This document shows, piece by piece, positions 1-12,100 of a DNA stretch of 64,000 nucleotides; the first letter of the stretch is position 1, and each line of letters starts with the position of its first letter. The stretch is from NCBI GenBank assembly GCA_016715075.1, contig JADKBK010000006.1, positions 95,509-159,508 on the forward strand, written 5' to 3'. The notes beneath the pieces were generated by a model, which did not search any database, was not told the DNA's origin, and saw only the letters and a program-made list of their open reading frames with translations. The position numbers and the translations under genes are program-made. The stretch is from Bacteroidales bacterium. GTDB taxonomy: Bacteria; Bacteroidota; Bacteroidia; Bacteroidales; VadinHA17.

Positions 1-873
1 GTCGTAGCTGAATGTAAGTATTTTCGATCCCTTGGGTATCTCACTTAACTTCTGGTTAACAGCAGCGAGAGATGCTCCGGAAGATATTCCAACGAACAGA
101 CCTTCTTCCTTTGCTGCCCTTCTCGTAAATTCAAATGCATCATCTTTGCTGACTTTAATTATTCCATCAAGCAGATCTGTTTTTAGTATGGAAGGAACAA
201 ATCCGGCTCCGATACCCTGTAAGGGGTGAGGGCCAGGCGCTCCGCCACTTAGAACAGGAGACAGCTCAGGCTCTACTGCAAAAACCTTAAGCTTTGGAAA
301 TTTCTTTTTCAGAACTTCAGCACAGCCGGTAATATGTCCTCCGGTACCTACACCGGTAATAAGATAGTCTATTCCATCAGGGAAGTCTTTAAGGATTTCC
401 TGTGCAGTAGTGTTCCTGTGAATAATTGTATTAGCTTCGTTATCGAACTGCATAGGCATCCAGGCGTCTGGTGTTTCAGATGTTAATTCCCTTGCGCGTT
501 CAATAGCTCCCTTCATACCTTTTTCACGCGGAGTGAGAACAAATTCTGCTCCGTATGAGCTCATGATTTTCCTTCGTTCAACCGACATTGATTCGGGCAT
601 CACAAGTATTAGCCTGTATCCTTTTACTGCTGCAACCAGTGCAAGTCCGATCCCGGTATTGCCGGAAGTCGGTTCAATGATAACACTACTTGATTTGAGC
701 AGACCTTTCTTTTCTGCATCTTCAATCATTGAGAGCGCAATCCTGTCTTTTATGCTGGCTCCCGGATTGGTTCTCTCAAGCTTAACCCAAACTGAGTGAT
801 CCTTGCCGAACAGCCTGTTGATCTTAACATGGGGTGTATTTCCTATTGTATCAAGAATGGAATTTGCTTTCAT
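1..873 (-). CDS. cysK: cysteine synthase A (O-acetylserine sulfhydrylase); 3' end runs off the window
   Basis: Manual minus-strand translation from ATG 873-871 reads [72 protein letters not shown].. with no stop down to position 1. The ORF track omits it because it is open at the window edge. Confidence 0.9.
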   Translation of the reverse strand, partial: MKANSILDTIGNTPHVKINRLFGKDHSVWVKLERTNPGASIKDRIALSMIEDAEKKGLLKSSSVIIEPTSGNTGIGLALVAAVKGYRLILVMPESMSVERRKIMSSYGAEFVLTPREKGMKGAIERARELTSETPDAWMPMQFDNEANTIIHRNTTAQEILKDFPDGIDYLITGVGTGGHITGCAEVLKKKFPKLKVFAVEPELSPVLSGGAPGPHPLQGIGAGFVPSILKTDLLDGIIKVSKDDAFEFTRRAAKEEGLFVGISSGASLAAVNQKLSEIPKGSKILTFSYD

Positions 874-895
874 TTTTTAAATTATTAATTGTGTT

Positions 896-1669
896 TCAGA
901 TTATAAAATTTATCGGTTCCTGGTAACCGGTCTGGTTTCTTACTATTATCTCACTTTTATGATAGACAACTGAAAAAGGTGCTATACTCTCAGTCAGCCA
1001 GACATTACCCCCGATGATGCTGTTTCTCCCGACCACTGTTTCTCCTCCAAGAATAGTGCAACCTGCATAAAGAATAACATTATCTTCTATAGTCGGATGT
1101 CTTTTAATTGAAGCCTTGCTCTTATCCACGCTTAAAGCGCCCAGAGTAACACCCTGGTAAAGTTTAACATTATTGCCGATATTGGCTGTTTCTCCTATAA
1201 CGATCCCTGTTCCATGATCAATTGAGAATGGAACGCCGATCGTCGCTCCGGGATGAATATCAATTCCTGTAACCCTGTGAGCATATTCGGTTACCATTCT
1301 GGGATAAAGGGGGACTGATAATTTGGAGAGGAAATTCGCCAGCCGATAGCAGAAAATAGCGAAAAAACCGGGATAGATTGCAATTACTTCAATCTGCTGT
1401 GTTGCCGCCGGATCAGATTCAAGAATGAAATCGGCATCCCTGAGCAGTACTTTTTTTATATTGTCAAGATTGTTGAAAAAACGCTTTGTGACCTCCTCAT
1501 TCTTATCTGTAAGTCCTTCAAGTATCTCGTGGATCTGGTCCTGAAGGTTTTGACGGTTGCTTTCAATTTCTGCATCCGTATAAGAATGAGTTGTAGGAAA
1601 AAGCATTTCAAAGATTGATTTTATTGACTTTTCAACGGCTCTTTGATTGGGTATTGTAATAGCTGACAT
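896..1669 (-). CDS. cysE: serine O-acetyltransferase
   Basis: 257-aa ORF with the hexapeptide-repeat SAT core GATIGVPFSIDHGTGIVIGETANIGNNVKLYQGVTLG. It sits between cysK and metY. Confidence 0.85.
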   Translation of the reverse strand: MSAITIPNQRAVEKSIKSIFEMLFPTTHSYTDAEIESNRQNLQDQIHEILEGLTDKNEEVTKRFFNNLDNIKKVLLRDADFILESDPAATQQIEVIAIYPGFFAIFCYRLANFLSKLSVPLYPRMVTEYAHRVTGIDIHPGATIGVPFSIDHGTGIVIGETANIGNNVKLYQGVTLGALSVDKSKASIKRHPTIEDNVILYAGCTILGGETVVGRNSIIGGNVWLTESIAPFSVVYHKSEIIVRNQTGYQEPINFII

Positions 1670-1772
1670 GGCAAGGTTCCTTTATGAATTTTCTAAATAC
1701 TTTAATAAATTAATGACCATATGACTATTCTTGTCATGCCAACTAAGTTACATTTTTTATTCAAGACTACTC

Positions 1773-2975
<1,203 letters not shown>

Positions 2976-3121
2976 TTATTTACCTGGTTATTGTTAAACA
3001 GTTTTAACGGCTTTTAGTTAATCCCTGCTTCAGTTTACACCTGATTTCTTTTATGATAATCAGTGATACAAAGATGCATCCGTCTCAGATTATGAGGAAT
3101 ACCCTGTTTAAGGCATTTTAT

Positions 3122-3184
3122 ATACCACAAACATGGTATGATATTTAAATATGGAGTCCGGTCAATATACCACAGATATGGTAT
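3122..3184. promoter_or_regulatory. two 7-2-7 inverted repeats (TACCACA-nn-yATGGTA), candidate NarL/FixJ-type operator pair upstream of metY
   Basis: ATACCACAAACATGGTAT at 3122-3139 and ATACCACAGATATGGTAT at 3167-3184, 45 nt centre to centre. They lie 170-235 nt upstream of the metY ATG (2951) and abut the stop of the LuxR-type regulator gene. Confidence 0.35.
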
Positions 3185-3189
3185 CGAAA

Positions 3190-3858
3190 TCAGATATGAT
3201 ACTCAATAAGGTTAATCCATCCCGCCTTAATGGCATACATAATGAGTTCGGAGACACTTGTAACACCAAGCTTCCGGAATATATTCTTACGATGTGTTAT
3301 CACGGTATGAATGCTGATATACTTTCTCAGCGCAATCTCTTTGGTAGTCAGTCCATCTGCAATAAGCCTGACAATGTCCATTTCGGAATTTGTAAGCTGA
3401 CCAGCCTCTTCTCCAGAACTCTTTTTATCATTTGGTTCAAAAAGGAGATCGAGCAGTTCATTTGAGTAGAATTTTCTGCCTTTCAGTGTAGCAGCAAGAG
3501 CTTCAAAGAACTCTTCCTTACCAGTGGTCTTAAGTATAATATTGTTGATGCCAAGATTATTCAGTTCAAGCATCTCGGCCCTGGTCAGGCCGTTCGTCAT
3601 AACAAGTATCCTAAGATGAGGGTGATTGGCTATTATCTCCTTTAACTCCGACAGGCCCGACAAATCAATAAAAGAGGGATCTGTGATCAGCAGTGAGATG
3701 TAATTCCCTGCCAGTTCTGAGGCGAGATCTTTTTTTTCTGTTACTACTTTGCTTACATAGAAACGACTGTCATTCTGAAGAATCATATTCAGGGATTCCG
3801 TGATAAGGAACTGGCTGTCGGCAATCAGAACCCCGATATTATTCTCAGTGCTGGTCAT
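3190..3858 (-). CDS. NarL/FixJ-family response regulator (receiver + LuxR-type HTH), no adjacent kinase
   Basis: 222-aa ORF. The C-terminal HTH reads LTNSEMDIVRLIADGLTTKEIALRKYISIHTVITHRKNIFRKLGV. The receiver keeps the putative phospho-Asp (LLITD), T (VMT) and K (ILK), but the first acidic pair is AD rather than DD. Confidence 0.75.
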   Translation of the reverse strand: MTSTENNIGVLIADSQFLITESLNMILQNDSRFYVSKVVTEKKDLASELAGNYISLLITDPSFIDLSGLSELKEIIANHPHLRILVMTNGLTRAEMLELNNLGINNIILKTTGKEEFFEALAATLKGRKFYSNELLDLLFEPNDKKSSGEEAGQLTNSEMDIVRLIADGLTTKEIALRKYISIHTVITHRKNIFRKLGVTSVSELIMYAIKAGWINLIEYHI

Positions 3859-3872
3859 TTGTTAATTTTTTT

Positions 3873-5010
3873 TCAGGAAAGTGCATTGCCCAGATCTGCA
3901 AGCAGATCATCAATATGTTCAATGCCAATTGAGAGCCGGATAAGGTTTTCAGTGACACCTATTTTTTTCCTGAGCTCCTCAGGAAAGGCCTCATGTGTCA
4001 TCAGGGCCGAATAGTTAGCAAGAGATTCTACTCCTCCAAGGCTGTCAGCCAGCTGAAATACCTTTAGTTTCCCAAAGAAAGTGTTGGCCTCCCTGATCCC
4101 GCCTTTTATCTTGAAAGAAACAACTCCTCCGAATCCCGTCATCTGCTTCTTTGCTATTTCATGACCCGGATGGTCATCCAGGCCAGGGAAATAGACCTCT
4201 ATTGCATTAGGCTGCTTCTGAAGAAACCGGGCAACTTTCATTGCATTTTCTTCATGCTGTTTCATTCTTATTGCCAGCGTCTTAACTCCTCTAAGGGTAA
4301 GCCAGGAGTCGAAAGGGGAGGGAACTGCACCGACAGATTTCTGTACGAGTTTGATTTTTTCATACAGATCGTCATCATTGAGGATAACTGCGCCGCCGAT
4401 AAGATCAGAATGGCCGTTTATATACTTTGTTGTGCTGTGTATTACTATGTCAGCCCCCAGAAGAAGCGGTTTCTGAAAATATGGTGTGGCAAAAGTGTTA
4501 TCGACAACTGATATGGCCTTTCTTTTTCTGGACAAGTCAGCAATGGCTGCGATATCAAAAAATCTTAAGAATAGGATTTGTGGGAGTCTCGATCCATACC
4601 ATCTTCGTTGAAGGAAGAAAAGAGTTCTCTATTGCACTGAGATCAGTAAAATCGGTAAAGGTGAAGTTAATGTTAAATGGTTCCAGTATCTGTTTGATAA
4701 GGCGGTATGTTCCTCCGTACATGTCTTCTGGGACAATAACGTGATCACCCGGGCGAAGAATTGAGAATATCGCATGTTCAGCTGCAAGACCTGATGAGAA
4801 AGTCAGTCCGTGCTTTCCCTCCTCAAGTGAAGCAAGACATTCATCAAGGGCTGTACGTGTGGGATTGCCAACGCGTGAATATTCATAACCCTTATGTTTG
4901 TTAATCTGTTCCTGGGTGAATGTTGATGTCTGATAGATAGGAACAATAGTAGCTCCTGTCGCCTCGTCAGCTGCCTGTCCTACCCAGATTGCTTTTGTCT
5001 CAAATTTCAT
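3873..5010 (-). pseudogene. cystathionine gamma-synthase/beta-lyase family PLP enzyme (MetB/MetC-like), split by a +1 frameshift
   Basis: ORFs 4555-5010 (..WIETPTNPILKIF*) and 3873-4535 (..VVDNTFATPYFQKPLLLGADIVIHSTTKYINGHSD..) are the two halves of one enzyme. Removing one A from the A6 run at 4557-4562 restores ..LKIFDIAAIADLSRKRKAISVVDN... Confidence 0.8.
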
Positions 5011-5230
5011 TGATATAAAATTAAAATTTTCTAAAATTAAATATTTTTTGAATATTCATTCAGTTAGATTCCAAATATCTTCATTTCAAATAGTTAATCT
5101 GTTTTATGCTGAATTTTAAGCGTAAAATTAAATTTGTGCCTTTTAAAATTAAGGCATATTAAGAATATAACCCATGCTGTCTGAATATTTTTCAACCAGA
5201 GCCTGCCAGTGAAAGCTGTCTTAATAATGA

Positions 5231-6061
5231 TTACCTGGCGGAATTTATAACAGCTTCTTTTACTGAATCAGAGAGCATCTCGTTCATGGAACCTGAGCGG
5301 TAGCCAATGAGATCTATCGTGACAAATTTGAATCCTGATTTAAGACAAATATCAGTCAGTTTTTCTTTCATCTTCCAGGCTTTGTCCATCTCTGATGGTA
5401 TGAATTCAAACCTGGCCAGGTTTTCGTGGCTTCTTATTCTAAACTGACTGAATCCCAGGCTTCTGACAGAATATTCAGCCATAGCAAGCCTGTCAAGTTT
5501 CGGTTTTGTAATCTGTTCCCCATAAGGGATGCGTGACGCAAGACATGCATATGATGGTTTTGAAGCAGTCGGCAAATGAAATTCTTCTGAATAATGTCGA
5601 ATATCGCTTTTTGAAAAACCTGCCTCGGCAAGCGGGGAAATTACACTTTTTTCCTTCTTCGCTTTCATCCCAGGTCTGTAATCCTTCATATCTTCAGCGT
5701 TGCTTCCATCGAAAACAACATCGAAGCCTTCCTTTGCTGCAATGAATTGAATTTTGCCGAAGAGTTCACTTTTACAAAAATAACACCTGTCTGGAGGATT
5801 GGCAGCATATTCGGGATTATCTATCTCCTCCGTAATGATTATTCTATGCTTGATTTCCATCATCTCTGCAAGAGCCTTTGATTCTTCAAGTTCATAGAAA
5901 GGATTTGTACTGGAAGTAGCAGTAATCAGTAAAAGGTTGTCTCCATAAACATCTTTAGCCACCCTGGCCAGAAAAGTACTGTCAACCCCACCTGAAAAGG
6001 CAACTACTGCATTCCTATATTCTTTGAGTCTGGCTTTTAATAGATTTAGTTTATTCTCCAT
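5231..6061 (-). CDS. larE: LarE-type ATP-dependent sulfur insertase (PP-loop ATP pyrophosphatase, TIGR00268-like)
   Basis: 276 aa. It has the PP-loop AFSGGVDSTF, plus DYRPGMKA, SYACLASRIPYG and GYRSGSMNE that parallel LarE. The three Cys (CYFCK + ACLASR) suggest the Fe-S-cluster type. Confidence 0.7.
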   Translation of the reverse strand: MENKLNLLKARLKEYRNAVVAFSGGVDSTFLARVAKDVYGDNLLLITATSSTNPFYELEESKALAEMMEIKHRIIITEEIDNPEYAANPPDRCYFCKSELFGKIQFIAAKEGFDVVFDGSNAEDMKDYRPGMKAKKEKSVISPLAEAGFSKSDIRHYSEEFHLPTASKPSYACLASRIPYGEQITKPKLDRLAMAEYSVRSLGFSQFRIRSHENLARFEFIPSEMDKAWKMKEKLTDICLKSGFKFVTIDLIGYRSGSMNEMLSDSVKEAVINSAR

Positions 6062-6082
6062 TTGTCAATATTTTTTATATTC

Positions 6083-7592
6083 TTACTTTCTGTAAAGACA
6101 GCATTCAGGCAATGATTTATATTTAACATCATCGGCTTTAAAAAGTTCGTTATCATGTCCAACTTTCGCAATTGCCTTCCCTGATAATTTTATCATTTGT
6201 TCTGGTACTGTCAAAATCTAATGAGAGCCTGCCTGTTTTTAGCTCCCATACAGCATTGATGACACCTTCCACTTCCAACGCGGCTTTTTCAATCCTCGTC
6301 TTGCACATATCGCATTTCCCCGATACACTGAAGACCGAGTGAGTTATGTTCCCTTCCGGTGTTTTTGTACCGTTCATCATACTTGGCTTTCCGGCAAGCT
6401 GAGCAGCGGCATCAACACTGAATGTACCGCTGGTTACAATTTCTTCACCTTCGGAAAGGCCGTCAGTAACCACATAACTCTCTCCAAGCATCGGGCCAAG
6501 ACCTATCTCACGTACTTTAAATACCGGTTCATCCATCAGAGGCTGTTTAACATAAACAATTGATCTCTTTCCTGTCCATAAAACAGCTGATTTTGGAATT
6601 ATAAGACTGTTATCGTAACCTTCGAGTAAAGAGGTGACAGTACCTGTCGCAAACATTTCAGGTTTTAGCTTCCCTGATTGATTGCCTGTTTCAACCCTTA
6701 CTTTAGCCACCCTTGTAACAGGGTCAATGACAGGATCAATGAAGACAATAATGCCTTTAAAGTCAATACCTGGCATTGCCTGTATGGAAAACGAGATTTT
6801 TGCATTAATTTGCAGGAACTGGAGATCGCTTTCGTAGGCATCAAACATGATCCAGACTTTCGAAAGGTCTGCAATTTCAAATAAAACTGTACCCTGTGAA
6901 ACATGATCACCGGAGTTAACCCTTCGGGCAGTCACAGTTCCGGCTGTATTTGAAACCACTTCAAAATTGTTTATGATAACACCTGATTGTTCAATTTTCC
7001 CTATCTGTTCATCTGTGAGTTTCAGCTGTCTGAGCTTTTCCCTGGCAGCTTCATATAATTGAGGTTGCAATTGTTTGGTCTTAACAGTTTCCAGTAATTC
7101 CATCTGGGCAGTTATAAGTTCCGATGAATAGATTTCTGCCAGTACCTGGCCTTTCTTCACTGATTCCCCTGTAAAGTTTACGAACAATTTTTCAATCCGG
7201 CCAGGAAAATGGGCAACCTGACTCTGGAACAGTCTTTCGTCAGCCTGTACTTTTCCATATAGGCGCACATCTTTTACAGCCATTTGCTTTTTAACAACTG
7301 AGGTAAGTACATTGGCTAACTGAGCCTCCTCTTTGCTTAGATGAATACTCTCAGGATCAACCAGCGCAGCGCTGCCTTCTCCCAGCGGAATTAATTCCAT
7401 ACCGCAGATAGGACATTTCCCTGGTTCTGTCATTCTTATGTGGGGATGCATGGAGCATGTCCAAATTGAGCTTTGTACAGCCTCTGTTGACTGAGCTGCG
7501 TTTTTAACGCTTTGTGAGGAATGAAATATGAGCCAGCCGGCAAAAAATCCTGCAAGCAGGGATGTAATTATAATTATTATTCTATTTTTCAT
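6083..7592 (-). pseudogene. cusB: RND efflux periplasmic adaptor (CusB/CzcB-like) with N-terminal metal-binding motif and C-terminal CDMC HMA-like domain; 3' frameshift
   Basis: ORF 6153-7592 (479 aa) carries WTCSMHPHIRMTEPGKCPICGMELIP, a barrel-sandwich hybrid region and C-terminal SGKCDMCKTRIEKA. The conserved tail KAIAKVGHDNELFKADDVKYKSLPECCLYRK* is encoded in another frame down to the stop at 6083-6085. The shift is at CCC 6179-6181. Confidence 0.75.
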
Positions 7593-7675
7593 TTTTCAAT
7601 GTTGTAATAAGTTGATATGCTTTGATATATGAAATACATTGAGATGCAATTCTTTTCATCTGTTTCTTCGAATTT

Positions 7676-9139
7676 CTATCTGATTATGCCAATTTCCATA
7701 TTTCCTAACCTTTTTAACCATGCCACAGCTATGTTGAAATCAGCCATTGCCTCTGACTGTTTAAACTCATAATCGAGTGTTTGCTGGCGGATACGCAGAA
7801 CATCGGTAAGTCCAGCTGATGCAACAGTAAAGTTTTTTAGCATGAGGTCGAATGATTTGGATGCCAGTGTGTATTGATTATCATATAGTTTAACTCTCCG
7901 GCTGGCATCCTGATAAAGCTGAATGGCCTGATAATACTCTGTCTGCAGTGAATTGGAAATGAACTGGTAATTGCGGGAAGAAGCATCCTTCAAAAGATCG
8001 GCTTCTGTGTTCATCGCATTGTAGTTGCTCCTGTAAACCGGCAATGTAACTGTTAACATTGGCATCATCATATCTTTACCATTCATAGAAGGTTCAGCCA
8101 TACCACTGTTTGATTTATCTATCAGGGAATAATTCAACCCAATACCAACCATCGGATAGCCCATTCTTGTTACCATTTTTTTTCTGGCATCAATCGACTG
8201 CATCTCAAAATCCAGCATATCCAGCATTGGGTTATTTGCCAGCATACTATCAGATACAGCAATCAGTGAAAAATCAAGTGAGTCGATGGTGATAGTATCA
8301 GGAATATAAACCGGTGAGCTTACTGGTCTGTTAAGATAGCTGTTAAACTGAGCTGTTACTGTGCTTTGCCGATTCTTGAGTAAGGCAATATTATTCTCCA
8401 GATCACCTTCCTCAATCTGTATCGTGTAAATATCCGATAGTCCTATACTGCCGGATGCCTGACCCATCGAACTGCTCTGCATTGATGAAGAGGTCTGACC
8501 TGAAATCGAAGAAGCGGAATTGTTCTGATCTGCAGACATTGTTTGCATCCCGGAAGCGGCTGTGGAAGTATTCTGAGCAGGGGAGGAGGATACTGGTACT
8601 TTGGCAGAAGCTGTTCCCTCATTTTCTGTTGGCGCTGATTTGAACCTTACAAGGGCGAGTCGTTCAATTATTTTTAGAATTTCAACATTCTTTTCCGAGA
8701 TACTGATATTTTTCCGGAGTTTATATAATTCATACCAGGTACGTTGTATGTCATAATAAAGCTGAATCTTGGCATCACGGAAAAGCTCGAATTTTGCTTT
8801 TGCCATAAGGCTCATTTCATCTCTGGCTGATTTCAGAACACCAAACCAGGGGAACATCTGCATTAATCTTAAGTCGGCTACCTGGTTCCCGTTAATGAGT
8901 TCCATTGGTTGCAGGAATACGCCGAGGCTTAACTCCGGATCTGGCAGGGTTCCGACCTGTGGAATTTTCTGGAGGCTTGCCTGATATTCACTGAATTTTT
9001 GCAAAACCAGGGGATTATTCTTAGCAGCAATCCCGAGATATTTGATAAGAGAATCAGGATATTGCTGACTGTTTCCGGTATGCCAGAAACATGTTGCAAC
9101 CAATGTCAAAAATACTTTAATGCAAGCTGATATTTTCAT
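7676..9139 (-). CDS. TolC-family outer-membrane efflux protein with Ser/Thr/Gln-rich low-complexity insert
   Basis: 487-aa ORF with a signal peptide and TolC-like repeat halves, positioned between the RND pump and the adaptor. The low-complexity stretch is SSSPAQNTSTAASGMQTMSADQNNSASSISGQTSSSMQSSSMGQASGS. Confidence 0.75.
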   Translation of the reverse strand: MKISACIKVFLTLVATCFWHTGNSQQYPDSLIKYLGIAAKNNPLVLQKFSEYQASLQKIPQVGTLPDPELSLGVFLQPMELINGNQVADLRLMQMFPWFGVLKSARDEMSLMAKAKFELFRDAKIQLYYDIQRTWYELYKLRKNISISEKNVEILKIIERLALVRFKSAPTENEGTASAKVPVSSSPAQNTSTAASGMQTMSADQNNSASSISGQTSSSMQSSSMGQASGSIGLSDIYTIQIEEGDLENNIALLKNRQSTVTAQFNSYLNRPVSSPVYIPDTITIDSLDFSLIAVSDSMLANNPMLDMLDFEMQSIDARKKMVTRMGYPMVGIGLNYSLIDKSNSGMAEPSMNGKDMMMPMLTVTLPVYRSNYNAMNTEADLLKDASSRNYQFISNSLQTEYYQAIQLYQDASRRVKLYDNQYTLASKSFDLMLKNFTVASAGLTDVLRIRQQTLDYEFKQSEAMADFNIAVAWLKRLGNMEIGIIR

Positions 9140-9143
9140 CTGT

Positions 9144-12100
9144 TTATTGACTGTTTAAGACTCTGGTATTGATTTTATTGGTATGATTTACAGATCCTTC
9201 CCTCCACATAGACTGTAATAACGGTACTACGAAGATCGTCATTACCTGGATTAGCATTCCGCCAAAAGCCGGGATTGCCATTGGGACCATAATATCAGCT
9301 CCTTTGCCTGTAGAAGATAGAACTGGCAACAAAGCAATTACAGCAACAGCTGTAGTCATCATTGCCGGGCGGACACGCTTCTTACCGGCAAGTATTACTG
9401 CCTCACGTACATCATGTACAGTGGCTGGCTTTTTATCCTCGAATACCTGGTGAATATAGGTTCCCATAATTACTCCATCATTTGTAGCAATTCCGAATAG
9501 GGCAATAAATCCTACCCATACAGCCACACTGAGGTTCACTGGGTGCATCTGGAACATATCCCGCAGGTTCATACCGGAAACTGAAAAATTCATAAACCAT
9601 TCCTGCCCATATAACCATAGCATTATGAAACCTCCTGAGAATGCAACAAACACGCCGGAAAAATGTATAAATGATGCGGTAATTGTTCTGAATTGAAAAT
9701 ACAAAAGCATGAAAATCATAATCAGGCTTAAAGGAATGACGATAGACAGTCTTTTAGTGGCACGGAGCTGGTGCTCATAATTTCCTGCAAATTTATATGT
9801 AACTCCCTCTGGCAACCTTATTGTTCCGGATTCCAGTTTCTGTTTTATAACCTTTTCGGCATCCTGCACTACGTTGACCTCAGCTTTACCCTCAATCTTA
9901 TCGAAGATGACATAACCCACGAGGAAAGTATTTTCGCTTCTGATCATCTGGGCTCCGCGGGCATAGTCAATATCAGCAATATCACCCAGAGGTATCTGAA
10001 CGCCATTCATTGCCGGCACAAGAATCCGTTTAATATCTTCAGGATTATCACGCAGCTCCCTGGCATACCTCACGCGCAGCGGAAACCTCTCACGGCCTTC
10101 CACTGAGGTAGAAAGTGTCATTCCGCCAATGGCAACCTGCAAAACCTCCTGCACATTGCTGACTGACATTCCGTAGCGTGCCATGGCTTCACGGTTAAGC
10201 CTTATCTCAAGATAGGGAGCTCCCACTGCACGATCATAGAAAACCGCTGAAGATTTTATTGATGGAACTTCTTTTAATGCCTGTTCAAAAATCATCCCGG
10301 CCTGTTCAATTGAATTGAGGTCAGGACCAAAGACTTTTAATCCCATAGGAGCACGCATTCCTGTTGACAGCATTACAAGACGTGTTTCAATAGGCTGTAA
10401 TTTGGGTGCAGATGTCAGACCCGGAATATCAGTTACTTTCACTATCTCTTTCCAGATATCGATTGGTTTTTTGATATGCGGGCGCCATTGACGGAAATAT
10501 TCCCCATTATTATCTGGAATAAGACTGTCAGCCGGAATAACTCTGAATGTCTCACTATTCAGATTGTATGTGGAATTACCTTTAAGAATATAATTACCCT
10601 TCCTGTCAACTTTAAACTGCATACGGTGCCCGTTTTCATCGAGAATATATTCAGACCGGTAGTTAATTGTATTCTCAAACATCTGGACAGGAGCAGGGTC
10701 GAGGGCTGAATTTACACGTCCCCATTTACCCACAGCAACTTCCACTTCGGGAATGGCAGAGAGACGTTTGTCGAGAGTCTCAATATATTCCAGATTTTTT
10801 TCGATGCTTGAATGAGGCATACTGGTGGGCATGAGTAAGAATGATCCCTCATCAAGTGACGGCATAAACTCCTTACCTGTACCCGGAAATGTCTTAATTG
10901 CACTCTGCCAGAAAGTTGTTTGCCGGAATGTTTTCCATCCTGCCTTTTCAGCACCTGCTGAAACAACCCGGAATATCTTGTCAAAACCGAGCCAGACAAG
11001 CAGACCAAAGAAAAGGGTGAAAGCTGGGATCATCAGAAACTTCCATTTATTCAGTAAAGCCCATCGGAGTATAGTCTCATAATAATGGACCATAGACATA
11101 AGTGCAATGAGAATAACTGAAATAATGACTGTGACAAAAATGAAATTGCTGAATTCGCTGTTATGAGCTCCCAATGGCAGCCATTCAATTGAAAGATACC
11201 ATGTTGCAAAAAGTACAGTTATAAAGATGTTAATATTGTTGGGAAAATCTTTACGTTTTTCATGCCACCTGTAATCATATAGATTGTTTATTCCGACTCC
11301 AATTAATGCCAGTGCGGGCCACATATGCCAGAAAAACATAAAAAATAACCCCGCAGCTATCAGCAAGCTATTCCATATTTGTTTGATTTTTTTCCTGTCG
11401 AAACTGATATTGAAAATTAAATGGACAAGAGTTGGCAGTGCTACAATACCCAGGATAAATGCGGAAAGCAGGGCAAACGTTTTTGTGAAGGCAAGCGGAT
11501 GAAATAGTTTTCCCTCTGAGGCCTGCATGGCAAATACAGGGAGGAAGCTTACAATAGTCGTTGCAATAGAAGTTACGACTGCAGCTCTGACCTCTGTTGT
11601 TGCCTGATAAATAACTTCCAATAATCTTTTTCCTCTGATGCCTTTGTTTTCCGGCATCTCAAGATGACGCAGAATATTCTCCACATCTACAATGCCGATA
11701 TCAACCATAACACCAATGGCAATGGCAATTCCTGAGAGAGCAACAATATTTGCCTCAATCCCGAAAAGCCTCATCATAATAAATGTCATTAATACACCAA
11801 TGGGCTGAATTTCATGTGATAGAGCTGATTCAAGTGTACCAATAGTCTCCCTGATCAGACCTGTCCTGTCATAGAAGGGGACTACTGTTACTTTCGAGAC
11901 AGTCCCGTCAGGTAAAGTTTTCTGAGGCAATCCAGCTTCAATTTCCTTAATTTTCTCCTTAACATTGTTAATTACGTCCATTGGATTTGAGCCATACCTG
12001 GCAACTACAACAGCTCCGACTGCTTCGGAACCCCATTTGTCGAGACCACCACGGCGTGTAGCAGGTCCATAAGCAACCTGAGCCACATCCTTAATCCTTA

